Program-made: the position numbers and the translations under genes
Shown: positions 18,503-27,545 of the stretch, one piece after another
Numbering within the stretch: the stretch's first letter is position 1
Layout of the letters: each line of letters starts with the position of its first letter
Notes under the pieces: generated by a model
Told to the model about the DNA's origin: nothing
What the model saw: only the letters and a program-made list of their open reading frames with translations
Databases searched by the model: none
NCBI GenBank assembly: GCA_038823825.1
Contig: JAWBCC010000003.1
Coordinates: 69,351 to 133,350, forward strand
DNA length: 64,000 nucleotides
Source of the DNA: Candidatus Hadarchaeales archaeon
GTDB lineage: Archaea; Hadarchaeota; Hadarchaeia; Hadarchaeales; Hadarchaeaceae
Direction: 5' to 3'

Positions 18503-19306
18503 TTAAGGATGACTGGAGAACACTGGAATCGGGGCCGCTTTCGTACACTTTTCCCGATATCCGCACGCACCACATTTTTCAGCTTTTCTGGTCGGTTTGG
18601 CGTTTCTTCTTTCCTCCCAAAACGGTATCGCCCATTCAAGCTTTTCGATTGCGCTTTCCAGCGAGAAGGGGTACATCCAGACCACTAGTCCAGGAATGTC
18701 GAGATCAACCGGTTCTTTTTTATACAGTTCAGGTATGCTCAGCATGCATATTGTCTGGTTGAGACTCTCGATCTTTTCTCTGTTCAGATCGTGTGGTGCT
18801 ACAGAGATGGCGTATCTCAGCTCAGAAGTTTCGAAGCCAAGGTCATGGAGAAGATATCCGTAAACCAGAGCCTGAACGTGATAACTCGGAAAAATCTTCG
18901 GCTTTCTGGAAAACTTGTATTCGATGAGCAGCGTGGGTTTTCTGCGCCTGAAGAGTATATAGTCCGGTCTACCTGCGATTACGCATTCCCGGTACTTTCC
19001 GAGTAGAAGCATAGAAGCCCCAACCGTTGGCTTTTGAAATATGTCTCTCCAGAGATCCTCTCTTTTTACAGGAATCATGCCGGAAAGAGTCAGTTCATGC
19101 TTTTCATCACCCTTTTCCATTTCTTGGGTCTGAATCTTCCCGTAGGTGTATTTGAGTTCCACTTTTTTCTCGCAATAAAACTGTTCTGCTATCTCCGAGG
19201 CATTCACAAAATGTAGTCCAAAGCGGAGCCTTTTTTTACTCTCTTTTGCTTCCTCCAGCAATGACATAAATCTTCTAAACGGTTTCCACCTTTTCATGGA
19301 ACCCAC
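18503..19306 (-). CDS. Cas4-family (DUF83) PD-(D/E)xK nuclease with a 4-Cys Fe-S cluster. It stands alone; no CRISPR array or other cas genes are in the window.
   Basis: N-terminal Cys in SEIAEQFYCEKK. Nuclease motifs GRPDYILF (D), LLIEYKFS (ExK) and YHVQALVYGYLL (QxxxY). C-terminal CGACGYREKC supplies three more Cys. Confidence 0.7.
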   Translation of the reverse strand: MGSMKRWKPFRRFMSLLEEAKESKKRLRFGLHFVNASEIAEQFYCEKKVELKYTYGKIQTQEMEKGDEKHELTLSGMIPVKREDLWRDIFQKPTVGASMLLLGKYRECVIAGRPDYILFRRRKPTLLIEYKFSRKPKIFPSYHVQALVYGYLLHDLGFETSELRYAISVAPHDLNREKIESLNQTICMLSIPELYKKEPVDLDIPGLVVWMYPFSLESAIEKLEWAIPFWEERRNAKPTRKAEKCGACGYREKCTKAAPIPVFSSHP

Positions 19307-19388
19307 AAAACTAAATTAGGGTTTTGTCATAAAATACGCTTGGGCAGTTAACAAGATCCCACAAACGAGAGTAGTTTTTTAAATTTCG

Positions 19389-19826
19389 TTGTTTATAAAG
19401 GAGCTTCATTCAATCAGCTTGTGGGTTGTTTTGTCAGGTGTTCGGATATCATCGCCGCATGACATATTTGCTCTCGTAAAAGGAGATTTCTCGAATGATA
19501 GCGAAAAGGTGGAGCTTGTAATGCTAGATTCGATGTGCAACGTTCTCGCAAAGGAAATTGTTTCCGAGGGAAGCGAGAACTCGGCTCCCCTCCATCCCCG
19601 TCAAGTGCTTGCCGTGGCTCTTCGATATCCGACGGTTTTCATTGTTCTTGTTCATAACCATCCGAAAGGTTGTGTGGAACCCAGCGAGGAGGATATAGAG
19701 GTAACGAGGAAAATTGCAAAGGCTGGAAAAATGGTTGGCGTTTACCTACTCGATCACCTGATAATTGGGAATGGGAAATTCTTTAGTTTCCTTCAGCAAG
19801 GTCTAATTTCTCCTTCAATTAGATAA
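19389..19826 (+). CDS. RadC-like JAB/MPN domain protein
   Basis: JAMM-type motif VLVHNHPKGCVEPSEEDIEVTRKIAKAGKMVGVYLLDHLII (HxHPxG...S..D) typical of RadC/DUF2466. Divergently transcribed from the Cas4-like gene. TATA-like boxes lie in the 80-bp spacer. Confidence 0.75.
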   Translation: MFIKELHSISLWVVLSGVRISSPHDIFALVKGDFSNDSEKVELVMLDSMCNVLAKEIVSEGSENSAPLHPRQVLAVALRYPTVFIVLVHNHPKGCVEPSEEDIEVTRKIAKAGKMVGVYLLDHLIIGNGKFFSFLQQGLISPSIR

Positions 19827-19864
19827 GCAGAAATTAAAGCTGCTTATCAGATAAGTTTATATGC

Positions 19865-21646
19865 ATGAAAGAAGAAAATTATAAGATTAATTTGGCAAAA
19901 AGAATCGACAGATGGCTAGAAAATAGGCGAATTTTGCTCATGAAAACTTTTGGGACTAGAGAATTTACCCGTAGAGAAGCTACAGATGTCCTAAAAGAAA
20001 AATTTGGTGATGATGAGAAAGCAGTTGCTGCAGTTCTCTCGGAGTTAAAGCATGCTGGTTATCTCGAGATGAGACCGGATCCTACTGACGCCAGGAAAAC
20101 GATATACTGCCTAAAAGAAGTCAAGATTCTCAAGCCTGAAACAGAGGAGCTGACAAGGGATGAGCTAGAATCGCTCCTAAAAAGAGCCGCGGATCTCATA
20201 CGAACTCGTGTTGATTACAAGTTCATTCTCATTCTGCTCTTTCTCAAGAGAATAAGTGATAAGTGGGAGATGGAGTTTAAACAGGTTTACGAGCAGCTTC
20301 TCCGGAATGGACTTTCGGAGGAAGAAGCCGAGGAGGAAGCTAAGAGCAGCATCTACCACGAGTTTGATTTGCCTGAGAAGTTCCTTTGGGAAAACCTTCG
20401 CAAAGATGTGGCTAGACTCCCGGAGAGACTCGCTGAATGTCTCAAAACCCTCGCCGAACGCAACCCGGAGTTGAAGGATGTGGTGGATAGGGGAGATTTT
20501 CTCCAGTTTGCGAGAAGTTCGGAAAATGCGGAGATTTTGAGGCAGCTTGTTGAACTCTTCAGTTCTCGCAAGCTCCACCACGTTTCTCCCGATGTGCTCG
20601 GAGACGCGTATGAATGGGTTTTGAGGTACTTTGCTCCGGAAAAGGCGAAAGAGGGAGAAATCTACACACCAAGGGAGGTCATAAAACTGCTCGTTGAGAT
20701 TTTGAATCCGAAATCTGGAGAATCTGTTTATGATCCAGCGTGCGGATCGGGTGGAATGCTCATTTTGTCGTTCAAGAATGTGGAGGAAAAGGAGGGGAGG
20801 GAGGCAACCCGAAAGCTCTCCTTGTACGGACAGGAGGCAAACCGGGAGATTTTCGCTCTCTGCAAAATGAATATGTACATCCACGATATTAGGGATGTCA
20901 ACATTGAGTGGGGTGATACGCTTCTCTATCCAAAGTTCATTGAGGGGAACAGGCCAAAGACTTTCGACGTTGTGATGGCGAATCCACCTTGGAATCAGGA
21001 TGGTTATCACGAGGAGGTTCTGAAGAAGGGAGAGTTCTGGGGAGAGAGGTTTGTCTACGGTTTCCCGCCCAAACAGTCTGCGGACTGGGCATGGATTCAG
21101 CATATGCTGGCTTCCGCCGACGGGAAAAACGGAAGGGTTGGGGTTGTTATAGACAACGGTTGTCTGTTCAGGGGAGGGAAGGAGCGGGCAATAAGGGAGA
21201 GGGTGCTGAGAGATGACCTGCTGGAGTGCGTGATCCTTCTGCCGGAGAAGCTCTTTTATAACACCGGAGCCCCGGGAGCCATTCTGATTTTCCGTAAACA
21301 TAAGCCAGCCGAGAGGAAGGGGAAGATCCTGTTCATTAACGCGAGCCAGGAGTATGAGAAGCATCCAGAGGTGAGGAAGCTGAACAGGCTTGGGGAGGCA
21401 AACATAAGGAAGATCGCTGAGGCCTACAGGAACTTCAAGGATGTTGAGGGTTTCGCCAGAGTGGTTTCGCTGGGGGAGGTGAGGGAGAACGATTACAATC
21501 TAAACGTCACGCTGTACGTCTTTCCGGAGGAGAAGGTCGAGGAGATAGACGTGGCGAAGGAGTGGGAGGAACTCCGCAAGATTGAGAAGGAAATTACAGA
21601 GGTTGAGGAGAAGATTCAGGGATATTTGAGGGAGGTTGGAGGTTAA
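19865..21646 (+). CDS. hsdM: Type I restriction-modification system methyltransferase subunit HsdM
   Basis: N6-adenine MTase motifs DPACGSGGML (motif I) and ANPPWNQDGY (motif IV, NPPW). Typical N-terminal HsdM domain. 593 aa. Confidence 0.9.
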   Translation: MKEENYKINLAKRIDRWLENRRILLMKTFGTREFTRREATDVLKEKFGDDEKAVAAVLSELKHAGYLEMRPDPTDARKTIYCLKEVKILKPETEELTRDELESLLKRAADLIRTRVDYKFILILLFLKRISDKWEMEFKQVYEQLLRNGLSEEEAEEEAKSSIYHEFDLPEKFLWENLRKDVARLPERLAECLKTLAERNPELKDVVDRGDFLQFARSSENAEILRQLVELFSSRKLHHVSPDVLGDAYEWVLRYFAPEKAKEGEIYTPREVIKLLVEILNPKSGESVYDPACGSGGMLILSFKNVEEKEGREATRKLSLYGQEANREIFALCKMNMYIHDIRDVNIEWGDTLLYPKFIEGNRPKTFDVVMANPPWNQDGYHEEVLKKGEFWGERFVYGFPPKQSADWAWIQHMLASADGKNGRVGVVIDNGCLFRGGKERAIRERVLRDDLLECVILLPEKLFYNTGAPGAILIFRKHKPAERKGKILFINASQEYEKHPEVRKLNRLGEANIRKIAEAYRNFKDVEGFARVVSLGEVRENDYNLNVTLYVFPEEKVEEIDVAKEWEELRKIEKEITEVEEKIQGYLREVGG

Positions 21647-22301
21647 ACAAATGAAAAGATCAAATGATGAGATTCGCGAGTTAATTCTAAGAGAATTATA
21701 TGAAGTTCACAAAAAAGCTAGGAGTCTAAAAGCCACGGGAAAAAGCATAAGCGAGTTGAAACGCCAACTTAAGAAGCAATATGGACTAAGTGAAAAAGAA
21801 ATTGTGCCCAATCTTGATTTTTTAATCCAATGCGGTTGGGTAAAGGTAGAGAAAGAAACATCCGAGTTTAAAACTCCAAGAGGGTTTATAAAGAAACAGG
21901 AGAAAGGTATCTTCAAAATTTCAGATATGGGTATCAACTATTTTGAAGGACAATCCAAATTCCAAAGGATAGAGAGATCGCTTGCTGGTATAAACATAAC
22001 TAATATAGGTGGGGTCACAGTCTTAGGGGACGGAAATGTAGTTGTAAATGTAAACTATGTTGATTTATACAAAGAACTGTCTATGCTTTCAGAGATCATA
22101 AGAAAAAGTGATCAACTCAAAGATGTTGACAAATTAAACTACATCGCGGAAATTGAAACAATAAAATCCCAGTTGATGAAACCGGAACCTGACAAGAACA
22201 TAATAAAGCAAGCTTGGGAAAAACTAAAGCCACTTGCAACTATTGCTGGCATAGCTTCGTTTTTCGAGCGAGTTGTTAAATTAATGGGGGCATTGTTTTG
22301 A
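21636..22301 (+). CDS. Uncharacterized 221-aa protein embedded between hsdM and hsdS (N-terminal wHTH-like region, C-terminal coiled-coil/Gly-rich region)
   Basis: Overlaps hsdM by 11 nt and hsdS by 4 nt, so it is translationally coupled inside the R-M operon. Very AT-rich coding sequence. No recognizable catalytic motif. Confidence 0.5.
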   Translation: MEVKQMKRSNDEIRELILRELYEVHKKARSLKATGKSISELKRQLKKQYGLSEKEIVPNLDFLIQCGWVKVEKETSEFKTPRGFIKKQEKGIFKISDMGINYFEGQSKFQRIERSLAGINITNIGGVTVLGDGNVVVNVNYVDLYKELSMLSEIIRKSDQLKDVDKLNYIAEIETIKSQLMKPEPDKNIIKQAWEKLKPLATIAGIASFFERVVKLMGALF

Positions 22302-23563
22302 AAACCGGTTACAAACAAACGCCAATCGGTAGTATCCCGAAGGAGTGGGAGGTTGTCAGGCTTGGGGATATTTCTAAGGTATCTTCGGGGAATACAGCAC
22401 CGCAAGATAAAAAATATTTTGAAAATGGGAAATATCCTTTCATAAGAGTTCAGCACCTTAGTACATTGCTAGAAAATAAATATCCTATTATTTGCGATTT
22501 TGTAAATGACTTGGCTGTTGAGGAACTCAAATTGAAAAAATTCAAGAAAGGTTCTATAATATTTCCGAAAAGCGGGGAGTCTATAAGGCTTGAAAAAAGG
22601 GCGATACTAAGAGAGGATTCCTATGTGGTAAACCACTTAGTTGTTGTCGAAGTTTTTTCAAATAACGTAGATACAAACTTTTTATATTATTATTTGTCAA
22701 GCCTCAGAACAAGTAGTTACCTTTCTAAAACTACAATGCCATCACTCAATCTTTCAGTCATTAAATCATTTTTAATCCCCCTCCCACCCCTCCCCGAGCA
22801 ACGTAAGATCGCCGAGATCCTCTCAACAGTCGACCAAGCCATCCAGAAGGTGGACGAAGCCATAGCCCGGACTGAGAGGTTGAAGCGTGGGCTGATGCAG
22901 AGGCTGCTCACCCGGGGTATAGGGCACAGGGAGTTCAAGGACACGGAGATAGGGAGGATTCCGAGGAAGTGGGAGGTTGTCAGGCTTGGAGACAAAAAAA
23001 TTACAGAAGAACTTTTCTACGGTATAACCGCTAAAGCTGTCGATAAGGATACTGGAGTAAAAATGTTGAGAACTACGGATATCAAAGAGTATTCTGTGGA
23101 CTGGGAAAAACTTCCTTTTTGTGAAATCACTGAAAGGAGGGGTAACTTAACTAGATATCTTCTGAAGAAAGGAGACCTGATTGTAGCAAGGGCTGGAACT
23201 GTGGGCGTTTCTATTCTTGTGGATAGAGATTTTGACAACGTGATTTTCGGATCATATCTGATAAAAGTGAAGCTAAAACCAAGCATACATCCAAAATTTG
23301 TTCACTATTTCTTCCAATCCTCACTTTATTGGAAACACCTGCAAAAGGCTCAAGGAAGTACTTTAAAAAACGTAAACCTGCCTTTGTTAAAATCTCTCAA
23401 GATCCCCCTCCCACCCCTCCCCGAGCAGCGCAAGATCGCCGAGATCTTCTCAATCGTCGACAAAAAGCTCGAACTCGAAAGAAAAAGGAAGGAAAAACTC
23501 GAGCGGATCAAGAGGGGTCTGATGAACGATTTGCTCACCGGGAAAAAGAGGGTGAAGATATGA
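22298..23563 (+). CDS. hsdS: Type I R-M specificity subunit HsdS (two target-recognition domains)
   Basis: Duplicated conserved segments: IGSIPKEWEVVRLGD and IGRIPRKWEVVRLGD open the two TRDs. LIPLPPLPEQRKIAEILSTVD and KIPLPPLPEQRKIAEIFSIVD form the central and C-terminal conserved coiled-coil regions. Confidence 0.85.
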   Translation: MKTGYKQTPIGSIPKEWEVVRLGDISKVSSGNTAPQDKKYFENGKYPFIRVQHLSTLLENKYPIICDFVNDLAVEELKLKKFKKGSIIFPKSGESIRLEKRAILREDSYVVNHLVVVEVFSNNVDTNFLYYYLSSLRTSSYLSKTTMPSLNLSVIKSFLIPLPPLPEQRKIAEILSTVDQAIQKVDEAIARTERLKRGLMQRLLTRGIGHREFKDTEIGRIPRKWEVVRLGDKKITEELFYGITAKAVDKDTGVKMLRTTDIKEYSVDWEKLPFCEITERRGNLTRYLLKKGDLIVARAGTVGVSILVDRDFDNVIFGSYLIKVKLKPSIHPKFVHYFFQSSLYWKHLQKAQGSTLKNVNLPLLKSLKIPLPPLPEQRKIAEIFSIVDKKLELERKRKEKLERIKRGLMNDLLTGKKRVKI

Positions 23564-24534
23564 TTGACCAACATTTGGAAAAAGAAAGAGTGATCGTGGA
23601 CGAAAAATTAAAACAAAATGAAGAGACCAAAGTATACGAAATTTTTCGTGAAGTTATGAAGAGTTATCTCGGAGTAGAAATAGAAAAAGAAAAGGCAGGA
23701 CGAATTTTAGAATTTTTCATGACAGTAATGTATAACTTGACTTTGAATCCAAGCGCCATCGTTAGAGGGTACTACCTTTGCGCAGAGCAAGATTATGAAG
23801 CCGCTAAGTTATTGAGTAAAAAATTTCCCTCCCTCGCCGTTTTTCATTTACAACAGACCGTAGAAAAAATAACTAAAGCTTACGCGCTCCACATGGGATT
23901 GATAAAAGAAGAAGAATCGTATAAAAAACGAGGAAATAAAGTCGGGACCGAAGTTGTTGGTCATATCTCACCTAAGGCTTTTATTTTGTTGTTGAAGAAA
24001 AGAGGCGCTGCAGAATTCGTCGATACGGTTTTTCTTGCATGTCCAGAAATTCCCAAAATAACTGTTAAAGAAGTTCTTCAAAAATTCGAAAAATTACTAC
24101 AAAAAACGGATGAATTGGCAAAACTCTCAAAAAATGAAATAAACCATTTTATAAAAAGATGCGAAGACATCCAAGACGCCATTAGAAAAATTGACATCAG
24201 GAAAACAAGGGAAAATTTCAAACGCCTCAAAGTAGGGTTTATTGCAAGACTAAGATCTGCGGTTTCACCAGAGATAGTTGAAGATATCAAGAAAAAATTT
24301 AACGCGATAGAAAGGAAGATCGGTTCAATAATCAATGAACTTCTAACGTTTTCGCAACTATATGCTCTGGCGATAATCACCTTTCCGCACTTCTCCTACA
24401 GTCGATACCCTGGAGGCAAAATAACATTTGCTGACTATCACGAAGGGCTGGGTATAGTAGATTCTCTCGATGATATTTTGATCTCTATCGGTTCTATTAT
24501 GAAAAGTCTAGAAAAAATTTGTGCGAGAGGGTGA
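23560..24534 (+). CDS. HEPN-like domain protein (324 aa) inserted between hsdS and hsdR, in the PrrC position
   Basis: Start ATG at 23560 overlaps the hsdS stop (ATGA). AEQDYEAAKLLSKKFPSLAVFHLQQTVEKITKAYALHMG matches the PF05168-type HEPN N-terminal helix pattern (A..D...A..LL..g.y..a.f.a.Qa.EKalKA). A C-terminal SRYPGG recalls the HEPN RYPd motif but sits after an unusually long ~200-aa insert. Confidence 0.4.
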   Translation: MIDQHLEKERVIVDEKLKQNEETKVYEIFREVMKSYLGVEIEKEKAGRILEFFMTVMYNLTLNPSAIVRGYYLCAEQDYEAAKLLSKKFPSLAVFHLQQTVEKITKAYALHMGLIKEEESYKKRGNKVGTEVVGHISPKAFILLLKKRGAAEFVDTVFLACPEIPKITVKEVLQKFEKLLQKTDELAKLSKNEINHFIKRCEDIQDAIRKIDIRKTRENFKRLKVGFIARLRSAVSPEIVEDIKKKFNAIERKIGSIINELLTFSQLYALAIITFPHFSYSRYPGGKITFADYHEGLGIVDSLDDILISIGSIMKSLEKICARG

Positions 24535-24536
24535 AA

Positions 24537-27500
24537 ATGCCAATCTTTACCGAAAAATCCACTGTTGAAAGCTACATCATAGAAAAGCTGAAGGAAAAAG
24601 GCTGGAAGCATGTTCCCGGAGAAGAATTAGAGCGAGAAGACTACTCCGAACCGCTTTTGGTGAGGCATCTTCTTGAAGCAATCCACAGAATAAACCCCCA
24701 CCTAACCCTGACAAAAAAGGATCTGGACAGAATTCTGCTAGAACTCAGGAGCCTTCCATCCACATTTGATGGTTCCAAGCGACTGCTCAAGTTCCTAAAA
24801 GAAGGAATCCCAATAGAACTGGAAAAAACAGGAGAACTCAGATATGTCTCTCTGCTCGATTACGAAAACCCAAAGGAGAAAAACGAGTTCATCGTAAGCG
24901 ACCAAGTACCTTTCCACGGGCCTAAAGAAAGATGTAGACTTGACATAGTCCTCTACGTAAACGGAATCCCGCTTGTAGCAATAGAGTGCAAAAACCCGAC
25001 CGACCCGACCAGAGACTGGGAAACTGCCTATAAACAGATAAAATCTTACGAAAAGGCTGTCCCAGAACTCTTCAAGTATGTCCAGTTCAGCATAGCCGCC
25101 GCCGCGACCACCAGATATTTCCCGAACGTCTTAGGAGCCGAGGATGTCAAAATCTACTTCCCTAAAGGGAAAGATACTCCCGAGTCCCTGGATCGAACAC
25201 TTGACCTCCTCCTAAATCCAGACGCTCTCCTCGATCTTGTTGCAAACTTCATTTTCGCGAGGGAAGAGCATGGAAAGTTCACAAAAGTTTTGCCCTACTA
25301 CTACCAGTACGAAGGCGCCAACCAAATCTACCAAAGAGTCCTTAACAACCTGTCTGAGAAGGAAAAAAAAGAGAAGGGGTTGATCTGGCATTGGCAGGGT
25401 TCCGGAAAAACCCTCACGATGATTTACGCCGCCCGTAAACTTTACCTTTGCCCCCTGCTTGAAAACCCCACCATCTTCTTCGTCGTCGACAGAGAGGAGC
25501 TTGAGGAGCAACTGTTTAAAGAATTTTCTTTCTTAGACCTCGGCATACCCTCACCTGAGGTCATTTCTTCGATCGAGCACCTCCGTCAGATTCTGACCTA
25601 TGACGAGGGAAGAGGAAAGAGGGGGATGTTCATCACTCTCATTCACAAGTTCGGCGAAAAGCTTGCCGATCTCGTTTTTGAGGACAAGGACATGAAAAAC
25701 ATTTCAAACAGGAGAAACGTCATCGTTTTAATAGACGAGGGACATCGGACGCAGTACGGAGAGTATGCCGGCCGTATGCGAGGCATACTCAAGAAAGCTT
25801 TCTTCTTCGCTTTCACGGGAACTCCTTTCTCCACGAAAAAGAGAGATACCTTCGCCGCTTTTGCTTATCCCGAGGAGGGCGAACTCTATCTTCACAAATA
25901 TTTTGTCCGAGAATCAATTGAAGACGGTTTTACCCTCCCCATTGTTTTCCAGACTAGGATGGAAAAAGAGGTCGGCCTAGAAAAAGAACTACTGGAAGAG
26001 TTTTTGGAGCAAGAGCTGGAGGAAATCACCGAAGAATCCCTCCGCCTCGCCCTAGAAGGAAAAATCAGCAGACGATTGACCCAGATCGTTGTATTCTTTG
26101 AGAATCCAGAAAGAATAGAAAAGATTGCCAGCGATATCGCCACTCATTTCAAGGAAAACGTGGACGGAAAGTTCAAAGGCATGGTTGTGGCGGCTTCAAG
26201 AAAAGCGTGCATCTATTATAAGGAGGCTCTCGATCGGCTGCTGGGACCGGAATACTCCGAGATTGTTATGACGTTCAATCCTCGCACGGACCCCGAACCG
26301 ATCAAATCCTATTACGAAAAGTTGAGGCAGAAATATCATGGCAAGGAGATTGAGGAAATCTGGGATGAGATAATCGAGAAGTTCAAAGAAAGGGAATATC
26401 CGAAAATTTTAATCGTCACGGACAAACTTCTGACAGGTTTTGATGCTCCAATTCTCCAAGTGATGTATCTAGACAAGCCGCTGAAGGAACATAGGCTTCT
26501 TCAAGCAATAGCAAGAACCAATCGTCCATTCAAAGAACTAAAACCAGCGGGTCTCATCATAGACTATGTCGGAATTCTCAAAGAATTCGAAAAAGCCGTG
26601 GCCATTTACGAAAAGCAGGATATTCAGTACGTAGGCTTCAAGCCGGAAGAAAAGATAGATGAGCTTCGAAAGCTTATCAGCGATGCGGAGGAGACCCTTG
26701 AGGGTGTGGATAAAACAAAAACCGATTTTGAAACTCTTAAAGCCGCAGCAAAACTGCTCTTTCATTATCCAGAAAAGCAGAGAAAATTCTCCCAAACGTA
26801 CAAACAGGCTAGAAATCTTTACGAGTTTCTTCTCCCCTTCGGGCTGGACAAGAAGACTGTGGAGAGATTCAAATGGCTGGCCGCAGTCTACAACTTTCAT
26901 CGCCAATGGGTGGAGCAGGAGAAGTCAGAGGAAATGGAAGAAAACTTTAGAAAATTCTATCCAAGAGTTGTTGAGCGCGTTCACAAGGCCATCCAAATAG
27001 AAATGAAAGAAGAGTTTCCAAGTTTAACGCTTGATAAAGAATATCTTGAACGGTTGGGCAGATTGGGTTTAGAAGACCAAGTTTATAACATGGTTTTCGG
27101 TCTAAACAAATATATCCGCGTAGACCGTCCGTTCAGTCCTATTTATGAACCAATCGCCAAACGCGTGGAAAAACTAGTTGAAAGGTGGCGAAACAAAAAG
27201 ATTTCGGTCGAGGAGGCTTATAACGAAGCAGTTTCCATTTTGCAGGAAACGAGAAAAACCGAGGAGAGAATAAAAACGCTCGGATTCTCAGAGCCAGAAT
27301 ACTTCATTCTCAAAGTTCTTGAAAAGGAACTGGGAGAATCTGAGGATCTAGTCCAAGAAGTCCGGAGTCTCTGGAGAAAATGGGAGAAGACTGGAAAAAT
27401 ATTCCCAGGATGGACTCGAAAAATGAGTATCCTAAAGGAACTCGTGCGAGATATAAGAATGTTCATGGTAAAGAAAGGTATCCCACTTAAAAGGAGGGAA

Positions 27501-27545
27501 GAGCTCTGTGAGGAGATCATCAACGGACTCAAGGCCACTTCATAA
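24537..27545 (+). CDS. hsdR: Type I R-M restriction subunit HsdR (SF2 helicase/endonuclease)
   Basis: Walker A WQGSGKT, DEAH-box VLIDEGHRTQ, helicase C-terminal motifs (QAIARTNR), ~1000 aa. Start taken at the ATG at 24537 (MPIFTEK...). Confidence 0.9.
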   Translation: MPIFTEKSTVESYIIEKLKEKGWKHVPGEELEREDYSEPLLVRHLLEAIHRINPHLTLTKKDLDRILLELRSLPSTFDGSKRLLKFLKEGIPIELEKTGELRYVSLLDYENPKEKNEFIVSDQVPFHGPKERCRLDIVLYVNGIPLVAIECKNPTDPTRDWETAYKQIKSYEKAVPELFKYVQFSIAAAATTRYFPNVLGAEDVKIYFPKGKDTPESLDRTLDLLLNPDALLDLVANFIFAREEHGKFTKVLPYYYQYEGANQIYQRVLNNLSEKEKKEKGLIWHWQGSGKTLTMIYAARKLYLCPLLENPTIFFVVDREELEEQLFKEFSFLDLGIPSPEVISSIEHLRQILTYDEGRGKRGMFITLIHKFGEKLADLVFEDKDMKNISNRRNVIVLIDEGHRTQYGEYAGRMRGILKKAFFFAFTGTPFSTKKRDTFAAFAYPEEGELYLHKYFVRESIEDGFTLPIVFQTRMEKEVGLEKELLEEFLEQELEEITEESLRLALEGKISRRLTQIVVFFENPERIEKIASDIATHFKENVDGKFKGMVVAASRKACIYYKEALDRLLGPEYSEIVMTFNPRTDPEPIKSYYEKLRQKYHGKEIEEIWDEIIEKFKEREYPKILIVTDKLLTGFDAPILQVMYLDKPLKEHRLLQAIARTNRPFKELKPAGLIIDYVGILKEFEKAVAIYEKQDIQYVGFKPEEKIDELRKLISDAEETLEGVDKTKTDFETLKAAAKLLFHYPEKQRKFSQTYKQARNLYEFLLPFGLDKKTVERFKWLAAVYNFHRQWVEQEKSEEMEENFRKFYPRVVERVHKAIQIEMKEEFPSLTLDKEYLERLGRLGLEDQVYNMVFGLNKYIRVDRPFSPIYEPIAKRVEKLVERWRNKKISVEEAYNEAVSILQETRKTEERIKTLGFSEPEYFILKVLEKELGESEDLVQEVRSLWRKWEKTGKIFPGWTRKMSILKELVRDIRMFMVKKGIPLKRREELCEEIINGLKATS

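Noticed and set aside
23329-23559. N-terminal extension of the HEPN-like ORF (listed as 23329..24534)
   Set aside because: The extension lies entirely inside hsdS in another frame and translates to a Lys/Arg/Pro-rich string. The ATG at 23560 overlapping the hsdS stop (ATGA) is the natural coupled start.
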